A stretch of 64,000 nucleotides of DNA. Source: Thecamonas trahens ATCC 50062. Lineage: Eukaryota; Protista; Apusomonadida. Positions 42,627-54,829 of this stretch are shown here, piece by piece; the stretch's first letter is position 1; the number at the start of each line of letters is the position of its first letter. A model generated the notes under the pieces. The model searched no databases and was not told the origin of the DNA. It worked only from the letters and a program-made list of their open reading frames with translations. The position numbers and the translations under genes were made by a program. Location of the stretch: assembly GCF_000142905.1 (NCBI RefSeq), contig NW_013657677.1, positions 609,527 through 673,526 of the forward strand. The letters are read 5' to 3'.

Positions 42627-44224
42627 ATGAATGTGCTGTACACCGGCAAGAGTCCTGACGGAACATCAGCCACCGTCCATGTCGACGGCCGCATGTACAC
42701 CATTCCCTCCAGCTGGCTGCCTGAAGACGAGCCGACCGAGGGGACGTGGTTGACGGCACGCCGGCTGGAGGCCAACAGGCTCCTCTCGGCGACCAACGAG
42801 CGGGTCCTTGGCCTCCCGGACGAAGTGGCGCTCATGATTCTGGAGCAGCTCGACGATCGCTCGTTGGCGGCGGCCTCGGCCGTGGCGAGGGCGTGGCACC
42901 GGCTGGCGGTCGACAGCGGATTGTGGAACAAGCGCTCAAGCGTAGTCTGGGGATCGGCGTATGGGGGTTCGGGCCGGGCACTCCAGAGCGGCAAGGCTGG
43001 GTACGTAGCTCGGGCCGCGCATCACGCGCGATGGATGACTGGTGATGTTGTGTATCTGGATCCATCGGGCTCAACGTTGCCGAAAGCAGGGCGAAAGGGC
43101 AAGAAGGTGGGCAGGGGTGTGCCCGGTGGCGAGGGCGTCGACTTTGTCCCGGCCTTCCGCACCTCTGTCCACTCGGCGATGATCTCCACAGCCGAGTTTA
43201 CCAGCGACGGCCTGCTGATGACCGGAGGGTGGGACGGCGCCGTGGTGACGTACGCGCTTGGGGCCACCGGCGGCCTCACACATGTCATGCCAACGGCGCG
43301 GTTTGATCTCGGGCTCAACAACATCAACGCGCTGGCAGTCTGCGATGGCTCAACCTTTGCTGTCGGCCTCACCGCCAACTCGGGGGCGCGCTGCGGCTCA
43401 TCGACCGCGCAAACGGCAATGTGGTGGCTCGGCTCGACGAGAGTGCCGGCGGCCACGCGCGGACGGTGTGGGACGTGGTTTCCGCGCCGTGGGCAGACGG
43501 CGACGTTGTGCTCTCGTGCGGACAGGATGCGCGGGTGGTGATGTGGGATGTGCGGCAGGGGTGTGCGGCCAGCGAGATGGTGGCAGCGCAGCGGCCGGTC
43601 GTCTCGCTCGCGGCACAGGTCCTTGGCGGCGCTCAGCTGGTGTACGCCGCTGCTGAAGAGTCGACCGTCGCGGTCTACGACGCGCGGCGGCCGTCTTCTC
43701 CGCTGCAAACGCTCGAGCTGCCCGGCCGTGGAACGCTTGTCGGTGTCCACGGTGACGACGTTGTGTTCAGCGCAGCACTGAGCTCGAATGGCGGGGGACG
43801 ACTCATCGATGTCCGCCCCGACGCGGGCGATGCCGGCGGTGCCGGGCCGAGTGCGGCCGCCGATGAGGGCTCTGGCATTCACGGCAGCGTCTCGCACTTT
43901 GTGTGGTGCGACGGCCGGCTTGAGATGCGGGGGGAGTATCTGACCGGGCGAGGGACGCCGCACGGGTTTGTTCTCGACGAGGCCAAGTTTGGCTTTGCCG
44001 CCTACAGCGAGGTTGTCCTCTGGTCGCGGGTCGATGCCGACCGGGACGATCCGCTGGGAGTGACTCGCCGGCCGCGACTGCTCCGCGACGTCGGCGACAA
44101 CTCGGTTCTTGGTCTCGCGACGACCGATGACTTACTTGTTACCTGCGGCGAGTGGATCGACTCGAGTTCGGGGACAGCCGCGTTTGTTGGCAATCTCACC
44201 GTGCGTCAGTTTGTGCCCCAGTAG
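42627..44224 (+). CDS. F-box/WD40 protein (frameshift near 43385)
   Basis: LPDEVALMILEQLD..LAAASAVARAWHRLAVDSGLW F-box; WD repeats TGGWDGAV and GHARTVWDV..SCGQDARVVMWD. Confidence 0.85.
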
Positions 44225-44423
44225 CAAAGGAAGCGAGGGTTGAGCGATGGATTGAATGGCTACGGTTGCGCTTCGTTCCCGCAGCCGTCCTTGTGACTGT
44301 CTTGACTTGACCGTCTGTGCATGCCCTCGCATCCGATGGCAATGACTTGCGCGTCGGACCCGATCACGGCTGAGAACCACACGGCGAGCCACTCGTGTCG
44401 ATTATCGGTCGTTGCGTTTATCA

Positions 44424-46037
44424 ATGTCAGCGTCCATCAAGAACCTTGCATGGGAGATCTCCAAGCTGGAGGCTGCCTGCGGCTACTATGTCTCCATTCG
44501 CAAGGCACGGCTGCTGAAGAAGACCCGCAAGGTGCGGAGGGAGAGAACAGAAGCACTTGCTCCGCTGTGGGAGGAAAAGCAGCGCCAGAAGCGTGCGCAG
44601 GCCGAGCAAGCGGCCGCCCAACGTGGCAGCGAGGATGGCAGCGAGGATGGCGAGAGCGAGACCGAGACCGAGAGCGGGAGCGAGGCAAAGCCGGCTGCGC
44701 CAAAGGCAGCGAGCGCGTCGGGCTCGGACACGGGCTCGGACACGGGCTCGGGCTCGGGCTCGGCCTCAAACTCGCAGTCGGGCAGCTCGTCGAGCGGATC
44801 GTCGAGCTCAAGCTCGAGCTCTGGTTCGGGTTCGGGCGCGGGCACTGGGCCTCTGGCCGGAAAGAAGACCGGAGGAGACGGCGATGGCAGTGGGTCGGGA
44901 TCCGAGTCGAGCGGGAGCAAGGAGACGCGGCGGGCGCTGCTGCTGGCCGAGGCCAAGCGGGTGCGGGAAGAGTACTACGCGAACCGGAAGAAGCTCGCCG
45001 AGCTCCGGCGGATCCGTGCGGCGCAGCGGGCGTTTACAGGACTCACGCGGCTGTGGGCCGGCATCAAGTCCGGCATGTCCAAGGCCAAGGTCAAGCTCAT
45101 CCGCAAGATCAAGAAGTTGCGCAAGGAAAAGGCTGCTGCCACGGAGCTGGCCAAGCAGGAGGCCCGACTCGAGGCGCTCAAGGCCGCCAGCACCGGCTCG
45201 GTCTTCCAGGCTTGGACCCGCCGCGAGAAGCTCAAGAAGCTGCTCTCCGCCAAGCTGACGTGGTACCCCAGACCACACGGCGCTAACGTGACCCGCGACG
45301 CCAAGAAGTTTGTTGGCACTATCATCGACGTTGTGGCGGGCGAGGTCAACAAGGTTGCTCGCAACCACGGGTACGCCATCGACAGCGCGCCGCAGGCGCC
45401 AGCTACCATCCTTGAGCTGGTGGCGTCGCGGCCCGAGGCGGCGAATGCCAAGGCCGAGCTCATCGGCCTGCTTGACGAAGAGTACGCCCAGGTTGTCCAC
45501 GCCTCGTCAGGTGGCAAGGTTGTGGTCGACGAGCCGGCCGAGGCCGAGCGCCGCCCGCCGCCCGTTCCGGTCTTTGACGACGGCGAGCCGATCGACGACG
45601 GTCTGTTTGTGGCCTCACTCGCCGCCGCAGCTGGCCCGCCGCAGTCCAAGCGCAAGCGCACCCACACCGCAGAGTCTAGCGAGCCCGGCGCCGAGCCGCC
45701 GGCCAAGAAGAAGAGGAAGAAGAACCGCATGGGTCAGCGTGACCGCCAGCGCATGGCCGAGGCCAGGTTTGGCGAGAATGCCAAGCATGTCCAGCGCCAG
45801 GCCGAAGAGTATGAGCGCCGGCAGCGCAAGTTCCAGCGCCGCGCAGAGGCCGCCCAGCGTGCCGAGCTGGCCGCCCAGGCCAAGGCCAAGGCCCAGGCCC
45901 AGGCCAAGCCGGCCAAGCCGCCGAAGAAGCTGCATCCGTCGTGGGAGGCCAAGAAGGCTCGCAAGGCCGCCGTCACCCACATCGACACCGCGCCGGCCAA
46001 CCCCAAGGTGGTCAAGTTTGACGATGACGACGAGTGA
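44424..46037 (+). CDS. BUD22: BUD22/SRFBP1 ribosome biogenesis factor
   Basis: KKNRMGQRDRQRMAEARFGENAKHV, LHPSWEAKK, KVVKFDD. Confidence 0.88.
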   Translation: MSASIKNLAWEISKLEAACGYYVSIRKARLLKKTRKVRRERTEALAPLWEEKQRQKRAQAEQAAAQRGSEDGSEDGESETETESGSEAKPAAPKAASASGSDTGSDTGSGSGSASNSQSGSSSSGSSSSSSSSGSGSGAGTGPLAGKKTGGDGDGSGSGSESSGSKETRRALLLAEAKRVREEYYANRKKLAELRRIRAAQRAFTGLTRLWAGIKSGMSKAKVKLIRKIKKLRKEKAAATELAKQEARLEALKAASTGSVFQAWTRREKLKKLLSAKLTWYPRPHGANVTRDAKKFVGTIIDVVAGEVNKVARNHGYAIDSAPQAPATILELVASRPEAANAKAELIGLLDEEYAQVVHASSGGKVVVDEPAEAERRPPPVPVFDDGEPIDDGLFVASLAAAAGPPQSKRKRTHTAESSEPGAEPPAKKKRKKNRMGQRDRQRMAEARFGENAKHVQRQAEEYERRQRKFQRRAEAAQRAELAAQAKAKAQAQAKPAKPPKKLHPSWEAKKARKAAVTHIDTAPANPKVVKFDDDDE

Positions 46038-46100
46038 GACCGATTGCAGGTAAAGGTGCTGCCTACCGAGGCCGCGGGCTCAAGGCGAGCCGTAGTCGGC

Positions 46101-47161
46101 TTACGGTCGCAGCGGCTTGAGGCCGTACTTTTGCGCACCCTGTTCCACGCCGCGACCCGGTGCTCGACATCGCCGCCACGCGGCACAACGAGGCTATCAT
46201 CGATGACAATGTCGTCAAACGCACCGCGCCGGGCATGCGGATCGCCTGGAGTCGCCGCCTGGGTGGGCTGGGCGTGTGCAGTGGCAACGATGTGTGCCCG
46301 GTGATCGGCGAGGAGCTTCTGCCGCTTGCGCGCCGACGCCACGCCCGGCTCGTCCTCGGATTGCTCGCCGTCTTTGGGCGTGTCAAGGACAGCCGCCCAG
46401 CCGACCTCCGAGTCCGAGTCCGACTCGGAATCCGAGTCCGAGTCCGAGTCCGAGCTGCCGCGGCGTGCCCGGCGCGCCGCCCGCTTGGCGGCACGCGCAG
46501 CGCGACGCGCCTCCTCGTCGTCGATCGACGGCAGCTCCGGAGCCGGTGTCGGCTCTGGAGCTAGCACTCGCAGCCCGTCATCCATCGGCACAGCATCCTG
46601 GGGCAAGTCCATCAGGGCCGAGTGATACGGCCCGACCAGGCCATTTTCCTCGAGAACAATGCGGGGCGGCATGCGTGGGAGGATGACGCCAAACAGCTCT
46701 GTGGCGACCAGAAGGCGCTCGATGAGCTCGTCCATGTGCATGCGGACCATACCGCCTGTCTGACGCACTCTCAGCGAGCGATAGTCGTCAAGCACCGGCT
46801 CGAGAGCAGCGTAGATGATGGTCGGACTCGCGACGAGTCGGAGGTACATGGCAGCGAGGAGGCGAAGGTACTTGAACTCGCTATTAGCGATCATAGCCTG
46901 AACAGCCTCGATTGCCGGCTGGACTTGCAACATCTTGAGCAGCAGACATATAAACGGCGTGGGCCGACCATGCGAGCCGTATGTCCCGCCGGCATACTTG
47001 AGACAAATAGCCTTGTCGAGCAGCGAGCGGGCGTCGAGCGCCACACACTCGGACACGTAGTACCTCGTCCGGAACACCCTACTCCGCGTCAGCTCGTCAA
47101 TGAGATGCTGAGGGTCCATCCCGTGTACGTTCACGGCATATTTTTGCGTAGAGTGCGCCAT
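46101..47161 (-). CDS. PRP38: Pre-mRNA splicing factor PRP38 (PRPF38A-like); one missing A near 46132
   Basis: VHGMDPQHLI, GGTYG..RPTPFICLLLKMLQVQP, FKYLRLLAAMYLRL, MHMDE. Restoring one A gives the C-terminus NRVRKKYGLKPLRP*. Confidence 0.93.
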
Positions 47162-47585
47162 GGTGCTCTGCCTTGCCTGGGCCGAGGTCGGAGAGTCGAG
47201 TGGGTGCGGGGTGAGTTGGGTAGTGCGGGAGGGAGTGGTGGAGGGCGGAGCGGGAAGCTGTAGCCCGGGGAGCGAGTGCATGGGAGCGATGCAGACATGG
47301 TGTGATGATGGGCGAGTGTGTTCATGGTTTGATAAGACAGGATGTCAGATGGGGGCTTGCATCAACTTCTCGGTGGCATGGACGTTGTGTGATGATGGTG
47401 TCGCATCACCATGAAGCGGCTTGAACGCTTGCTAGCCGGCTGCTTGCTGGCGGCTTCGATGGCTACGTATGCGTCTTGGTCTCCACAATATGATGTTGCT
47501 GCTGCAACTCCTGCTCCTACTGCCCATGTTGCTCCTGCACTTGCTACTATGCTGGGTTACCAAGCGATGAGCACGGGCGATGGAG

Positions 47586-50500
47586 CTACAGCAATTGGCA
47601 GGCGGCAACCAAGTCGGCCGCAGTCGGCCGCGAGTCAGGCGAGGTCGCGAGCGCCGAGGAGAGGACCGAGGTGAGACATGATGGGATGCCGAGGCTCAGC
47701 GGGTCGATGACGTCGCCGGCCATGATGATCATGGCTAGCTGCATGGCAGGCACGCTGCAGAAGTCGGAAAGGCGGCCGGGCAGAGGATCTCCAGAATGAC
47801 CATGGCGGCTGCGTATACGTCCGACGACTCGGTCGGAATCATGCCGATCAGCTGCTCCGGCGTGGTATACGCCACCGACGGCGAGACTGTCACCGTGTTG
47901 AGGTTCGCCTTGAGCGACCAAACGCCAACGTCTGAGAACATGATTGCAGCCGGAGCCGACGATGATGCATCGGGGAGATGGATGTTGCCCGGCTTGATTG
48001 CGCCGTGGACGACGCCGGCGGCATGGAGCGCTGCAAGGCCCTGCGCCACCAGGAGAATGTATGTGCTTCGGGTCGCCTTGGAGAGCGGAATGTAGTCGGT
48101 CTGCGCCAGCGACTTGCCCGGTACCAGCGCCGAAGCCATTGCCAGCGAGCCTGCGTCGAGGCAAACGCTCGCTACATGGGACACGCACGGGATCGACGCC
48201 ATGACCTGATGAGCCGAGAACAGCGTCGTGGCAAAGTCGACGAGCGCGTTGGGCGCTAGGCGGTCCTGCAGCATGACCTTGACCGCAACGTCTGGCGAGC
48301 CGCTACGAGTTGTCGAGGCCATGAAGACACGGCCAAACGAGCCAGTTCCGATGCGGTTGATCTCGCGGATGCACGACTTGACAAACTTGGCCGGCATGAG
48401 CGGCAGGTCGTGGTGCTCGTGTGATTCCGTCATCAGCTGATTCCAGGCTGTCTGCAGCGACCGGAGCCGCGCATCCACATCGCCCGACATGGCCCACACA
48501 GCGCCGGCTCCGACAGCGTTGGAGATAACAGCCAGATGCGGTGCGGCAAAGTGGATGAATCCGGCGCTAACGCCTTCGTACGCGTCGAGCAAGAGCCCAG
48601 GACCACACGCCTCCCACGCCTCTTTCGCCATCAGCACCACAAACGGCATCGGGTGCGCCTCGTCATCGACAACAACGTCTGGCAGCTCCTTGGACGGTGC
48701 CACTGACGCGATGCTCGGCGGCACGCCCTTGTCCAGCGCCAATGACCGCGTTGTGGTCCGCAACTCATGCGCGCTTTCTAGTGCGGAACCCGAGTACGTT
48801 GACTTGCCGGTCCGTGGATCCATGGGGCCGGTCTCAGCCTCGCCGGTCGACACCAATGCAATCAAGGTAAGCGGCGTGGGCGGCAGCTGTGACCACGCCG
48901 CCTCCACGTCCCGCATCACAAGAGAAAGGGCCTTTGTAACCTGCGACGGCCGTGCGCACACGCCCACAATCGACTCGATTGACCAGGTCTCCAGAAAGAC
49001 CGACAGCGACGAAAAGTTGTCGCGAACCAGAGAGTGGAAGGCCTTCATATGCGGCCCGACGCTGGCCTCGCCAGCCGATCCCAGTAAGTGCTCAAGTCCG
49101 GGCACAATGAGCGTCAAGGTGTAGACATCGCCCTCGGGCTCCCGGACCGATGACGGGTATACCAGCCGCGATGGGTTGTTGATGGTAGACAGCCGCTCGG
49201 CAAGATCGTCCAGCGTCGCTCGTTGGTTGGGATCATGCGCGAGGGCCGCGTACAAGGCCGAGACGTACACCGGATGCAGGCCCGGCATGAGGACGTCGTT
49301 CGGGAGCTTGGCTGTCCCCGCCATGACCTCGAGAGCAACGACAATCGGATCGGATGCCGAGCCGTAGGGCGGGAGCCGCGATGCCATCTCCCACATGACC
49401 ACGCCAAGCGAGTAGATGTCGGCAATGGCGTGAGAGTCGACTGTCGACGCCAGCACCTCGGGTGCGGTCCACAGCAGGGTGCCCAGCGGCGCATCGAGCT
49501 CCATGGGTACATTGCTTGGCGACGGCGAGGCCGTTTGCTTGCCCTTGCCACCTCCAGTGCCTTGAGGCTCGGCCTCGACGGCGGCAAACTTGGAGAGGCC
49601 AAAGTCGGTCAGCTTGGGCATCCAGCCGTCCGAGAGGAGCACGTTTAGCGACTTGATGTCGCGGTGGGTGATGTCGTTAGAGTGAAGGAAGCGGAGGCCA
49701 GAAACGAGACCAGCCGCCCAGTAGTAGACCATCGTCACGTCGAGCGCGATGTCCTCGGCTGAGAGGACCGCAAACAGCGAGCCGCGCGACATAAACTCAG
49801 AGACGAGCGCCGGCGGGTCGAGCGCTACTCCGAGAAGGAGCGTAATGTTGGGGTGCCGGCAGGCAAGGAGCACAGAGGCCTCAGCGGCAAACTCGGCCAT
49901 GACCGCCTCGGGAATCTCGGCTTGCTCGGCATCGGGTGCCCTCGCGCTGGACGACTCGTCTGCGGGAGGGTCCGAGCACGCCAATAGCGATAGCTGCTTG
50001 ACCGCCACCACGTCGCCCTTCCACATTCCGCGATGGACCACGCCGTACGCGCCGGCGCCGAGCAAAGCACCCAGCTCGAGCTCGTCAAACGGAATGATGA
50101 TGTCCGAGTGCGCGTCAAGGCGGTAGGTGACCTGTGCCGACCGACGACGATGCAGAAAGAACATGATGGCGGCCACACCAAAACCAATGATGATAATCAG
50201 AGGAATGCTGACGCCAAGCGCCAGAGCAAGTGTCTTGCCTGACGATGCTGGCGAGGCATGGCAACGATCTGTACAGGCGGCGGTGGTGCGGCTGGTGACG
50301 GAGGTGGCGGCGGTGGCGGGTGGACAACCAGCCGCGGCCGACAGTCCGGGAGTAGCGCCAGCAGCGTGTTGTGAGCGTACTCGCTCAGAGCCGACTCGGC
50401 GTCTGTCGGGCTGCTGGCGAGGAGCGCGGCGAGGTCAAGAACAGGTGCGCTACATGAGCAGATGCCGAGGCTGCCGCAAGCATTCTCGCTCGAGCGAGGA

Positions 50501-51686
50501 AGTGAGGTAGAGCAGTTGTTGGGACAATCCGCCACCGAGTACCACCACACGTCGCCAGCCTTGATATCAATCTCCTCCAGCGAACCAGAGAAGATGACAA
50601 GCTCGGTCGCCGAGACACGGCCTCCGACGTGATCTTTCCGGCTCGGTGCAACTGCAACCGCCGGCTCGTCGGCAGTTGTGTTGGCGACGAGCGGGGCGAG
50701 GCCTGAGCTGAGGCTTGGGCTCTGAGCCAGGGGTGCAAGCGTGATCGGGTCATACGTCCACAATCCGCTGTCAATCGAGTAGAGGTAGACGGCACCACCT
50801 GCGTCGGCGCCATGGACCATAGCCAGTGTCCGTGCCGGATCTCCCAGCGGGACGATGACCTCGTCCTCGATCGGCGGCGGCCAGACGGCGGCAGGATCAG
50901 ACGGGCGCGGGATCGGTTGCCAGATCCGCGGACCATAGTCAAAGGTCCACATGTCGTCGAGGACGTCGTCGCCAAATGCGCCGCCGAACATGTAGACGAG
51001 GCCGTCGTCTGCGAGTGCCATGAACGAGTCCTCGCGCGGTAGGGGAAGTAGGCCCGTGGTAGACGAGACCTGGAGCAGCGAGATGTCCCCCGTGGCCGAA
51101 TCAAAGTCGTATAACTTGTTTGACGTCGGGTTCGCCAGAGAATTCCGATCAAGGCCTCCAAAGATGATAAAGTGCGGGACGCCTGAGGTAGGATCGGTGA
51201 CAGCGACGCCTGTTGCATCCTTCAAGCTGGCGCCACCAGGCAACGGGCCGTACGGCCCAGAGAAGAGCAGCGCACCGAGGGGCGCATCGGTAGTGTTGGC
51301 CATCCACACGTACTGCTCCAAAAAACGAACAGCACATCCGGCTCGAGCGACGTCACAACATGGTCCTCCATGAAAGGCAGTGGTGGCGGAGGCGGCGCTG
51401 ATGGCGACGCCGTGTGCGGCGGAGCCATGTCGACTGCCATGCTGGTCCACTCGTTGCCGCACAGCTGCCACACATCGTTAGAAATTCCGATATCGGTCTT
51501 CCCGCCGATCACGTAAAGACATCCGCCAAGAGCAGCTGCAGCAGAGTCGTCGCGGTTCGCAGGAGTGCCAGGCCCGCTTCCATCGGGTCCTGCCCTCCAT
51601 ACACCTCCTTGGACAACTGCCACGAGTGACAGCATCACAACAAAATTGGAGAGCGGAAAGTGGCGGAAGCTAATTATCGTTGCCAT
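47586..51686 (-). CDS. Receptor-like kinase: signal peptide - Kelch repeats - EGF-like - TM - TKL kinase - cyclase-like spacer - second degenerate kinase (about 3 frameshifts)
   Basis: Kelch LYVIGG/IIFGG/YMFGG..DDMW; CPNNCS..C..GICSC; TM LALGVSIPLIIIIGFGVAAIMFFL. Kinase 1: LGAGAYG, VAVK, HRDIKSLN, DFG, WTAPE. Kinase 2: IGTGSFG, VAVK, HGAIKPGN, SDVG. Confidence 0.85.
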
Positions 51687-52155
51687 GGTGGGAAGAGAAG
51701 GGAAGGGGAGGGGAGGAAGGAGGAAGGGGAATGGGGGGAGGAGGAGGGGGAGGGGAGTGGGGGAGGGGAGTGGGGGAGGGTNNNNNNNNNNNNNNNNNNN
51801 NNNNNNNNNNNNNNNNNNNNNNNNNNNNNNNNNNNNNNNNNNNNNNNNNNNNNNNNNNNNNNNNNNNNNNNNNNNNNNNNNNNNNNNNNNNNNNNNNNNN
51901 NNNNNGGGGGGGGGGGGGGGCGGAGCTGTGCGGTGTGCAGAGAGGTATCGTAAGTTGAGGATTAGGTCGAGCGAGGTGCGGGTAAGGAGAGTGAAGAAGA
52001 GAACGAAATGGGGGGAAAACCCGGTGATGGGGCGTTATTGATGAAAAAATTGGTGGTGGAGCAAGGGGGGGGGGGGGGGGAGGGGGGGATGTGCGGGGCC
52101 GAACGGTTCCGGTTCGAGCTGCTGACTGGGGCACAGCCACGACTTGTCTACCACA

Positions 52156-52824
52156 ATGGACGACCTCCAGAGCTCGGAGGAGGTATGTGAAGCAAAGAGG
52201 GCAGGTGCAGTGGATAGAGGTGGTAGTGTGTGTTAGAGAGGGAGTAGTGGGAAGGTAGGGGAGGGGGAGGGGGCTGTGTGGGCGTAGTTGGCGGGCTGGC
52301 CGCTGGCTGGGCTGGCTGGGCTGGTTGGGCTGGCTGGGCTTGTCGGAGGGGGAGGGTGGCGCGCCAAAAAAACCAACGGTGGTTGGCGGGCAGCGGGGAG
52401 AAGGGGAGGGGGGAGCGCGGCGGGGCAAGGGGGGTGCAACGGCAGTGGCTGTGGCCGGATTGGGTGTGTACTGAACAAGAGAGAGTGGTGTCGGTGGTGG
52501 TGTTGGTAGGCTGCGTTTGTGCCGGATGAGGTTGTGAACATCATCAAGGATGCGGCGGACCAGATCCTCGGCCCGCACAACTACCACCACTCGCGTGTGG
52601 CGCCGTGGTGCTCCAAGATTGTGGAGGAGGTGCTGAAGCGGCTTGCAGATCAGCACAAACCGTTCAAGTATGTGGTGACCACCATCATCATGCAGAAGAA
52701 CGGCGCTGGCCTGCACACGGCCTCCTCGTGCTACTGGGACAACTCGACTGACAACTCGTGCTCGTACAAGTGGTCCAACTCGACCATGTTCTGCATCACC
52801 ACCGTCTTTGGCCTCGCCATCTGA
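52156..52824 (+). CDS. DYNLT1: Dynein light chain Tctex-1; exons 52156-52182 and 52510-52824
   Basis: MDDLQSSEE|AAFVPDEV..KPFKYVVT..MQKNGAGLHTASSCYWDNSTD..CITTVFGLAI; phase-0 GTATGT..TAG intron. Confidence 0.97.
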
Positions 52825-53007
52825 TGGGCGGCTCGACGGGCATGTTGGATCGCAGTGCAGGAGAGGTGGTGGTGGAAGCGCTGGCGGAGAGTGGTTGAGG
52901 ACGCAATTGAACACCAGTGTTGTGCGGCAAGCGGCGCGGTCTCGAGCTTGTGTTAACGCTAGCTGCGGGGGGGGGGGGGGGGGGCGGCGGAGGAACCTCG
53001 ACGGCGG

Positions 53008-53102
53008 TCTACTCGCGTGGGAAAGCGGTGCTCGTCGGCAGCTCCTGCGCAAAGGACGAGTGTCCTTGCGGTTGAGGAGGCCGAGTCAGTGCGGCGAGCA
53101 GA
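53008..53102 (-). promoter_or_regulatory. Candidate type II SECIS element in the selD 3' UTR (CUGA core)
   Basis: Sense strand: UCUGCUCGC-CGCA-CUGAC-UCGGCCUCCU-C-AA-C-CGCAAGGAC-ACUC-GUCCUUUGCG-C-AGGAG-CU-GCCGA-CGAG-..-GCGAGUAGA. This gives helix I (9 bp), a UGA/GA quartet, helix II (10 bp), AA 12 nt after UGA, and an apical ministem. Confidence 0.75.
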
Positions 53103-53355
53103 GTGGCCGAGTGTCGAGGCTGGGCTGGCATCGGAGAGTACCGCTGGGGAGCAGAGGTAGCAGAGGGTGCAGGAGGTCAGGAGCGGATACATGCGCGCGG
53201 CGGAGCCCAAGCTGTTGGTTTCAGGTTTCCCAGGAGTGAGATTTGGTTGCTTGGTCGCGGGCGCAGGTAGCTGCTGGTGAGCATGAGGGCACGGTCTGCA
53301 GCGATGCGGGCACAGATGAGGTGATGAAGCGAGGAGGGGGAGGGAGCGACGAGAC

Positions 53356-54829
53356 CTAGACCGGAATGACGGTGGGTTCTCGACAATGTCTGCCGAGCCC
53401 GAGCCGGCGGAGACCGAGCCAACAATCCATGCCGGCCAGCCGTCCTCGGCCTCGATGTCGGCGCAAAAGGCGGCGGCGGCGTCGGCCGACGGGAGGGCGA
53501 CGAGCAGGCCACCCGAGGTCTCGGACGACCAGCCGTCGAGGAGCTTAAAGTTGAACTTGTCATTGACGGCCGGCATGTTCTCGATGACAGGGAGGGTGTG
53601 GATGGAGATGTGGACGGCAGCCTTCTGGTGCTCGGCGAGGTTGCGGGCGTGGCCAAGGAGGCCAAAGCCGGTAACATCGGTGGCGCCGTGGGCGCCGTGC
53701 TTGACCATGAGGGCGGCGCCGGACTTGTTCAGTCGCGCCATCGAGGCCGAGGCGAGGGCAAAGGCAACCCTAGCCTGGGCGGGGCTCAGCACGTCGGCGA
53801 TAAGGTCCCAGTTGGAACCTTCCTTGCCGGCCTCGTGGTCGCCAAGCCACTGGTATGCGTTGACCGCAACCTGCGTTCCGATCGGCTTGGTGAGGACCAT
53901 GACGTCGCCTGGGACGAGCGAGAACGGGTCGATGTAGCCGCCGTCTGACGGCACCACGGCCGAGGCCACGCCGCCGATGATGGGCCACGGGTTGAGCACC
54001 GTCTGTCCTCCCGTCACCGACGTTCCGGCCTCGGTGGCGAGGTCGTTGAAGCCGCGGATGAGCTCGCGCGTCACAATCATCCGCTGGTCCTTGGGCATCT
54101 CGAGCGAGGCGGCAAGAATCATCAGCATGGTGTCGCAGCGGGAGATGCCCATGGCAAACAGATCCGAGAGCACATTAGCGCACGCAATCCGCCCTTGCTG
54201 GTACGGATCCTCCACCAGCGGGTAGAAGTAGTCGGTGGTCTGGATGGTCACCACTCCCTCGATGGCTGTGGGAATGATTGAGCAGTCGAGCCCGATGGCT
54301 TCGTTGTCGATGGCTGGAGGAGAGGAGGTGAGTGCGAGGAGAAGACGCGCGCGAGTGGAGGTNNNNNNNNNNNNNNNNNNNNNNNNNNNNNNNNNNNNNN
54401 NNNNNNNNNNNNNNNNNNNNNNNNNNNNNNNNNNNNNNNNNNNNNNNNNNNNNNNNNNNNNNNNNNNNNNNNNNNNNNNNNNNNNNNNNNNNNNNNNNNN
54501 NNNNNNNNNNNNNNNNNNNNNNNNNNNNNNNNNNNNNNNNNNNNNNNNNNNNNNNNNNNNNNNNNNNNNNNNNNNNNNNNNNNNNNNNNNNNNNNNNNNN
54601 NNNNNNNNNNNNNNNNNNNNNNNNGGGGGGGGGAGGGGAGGGGCGTACTCTCGAGCAGACCATGCAGATCTTCCTGGGAAACCTTGCAACCTCAGCCTTT
54701 GAGCTTTGCGTAGTCGGTGAGACGGAAGCCAGGAGGGAGGCCAAGCGAGGTTGGGTCAAACGACCCGGTCTCTTCATTGTTTGCAGACAACCGAGCAGAC
54801 ACCACACCGGTGTACTGTGTACTCGACAT
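53356..54829 (-). CDS. selD: Selenophosphate synthetase, selenocysteine-containing (SPS2-type); Sec UGA at 54694-54692; intron 54648-54314
   Basis: FRLTDYAKLKG-TGA-GCKVSQEDL..LL; IGLDC, QTTDYFYPLVEDPY, GGQTVLNPW, LTKPIGTQ, ATDVTGFGLLGHA, ETSGGLL. One missing C near 53375 gives ENPTVIPV*. Confidence 0.96.

Noticed and set aside
45734-46100. Apparent 300-bp antisense overlap of PRP38 with BUD22
   Set aside because: Caused by one missing A; the corrected PRP38 ends GLKPLRP* at 46101.
47411-47674. 87-aa plus-strand ORF with a signal-peptide-like start
   Set aside because: No motif, overlaps the kinase C-terminus, and has no supporting evidence.
23133-54829. Redox/selenium gene cluster (Rieske, SOD, MAPEG, selD), or a CoA cluster (panC + Nudix)
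   Set aside because: Genes are many kb apart and interspersed with unrelated housekeeping genes; no sign of co-regulation.
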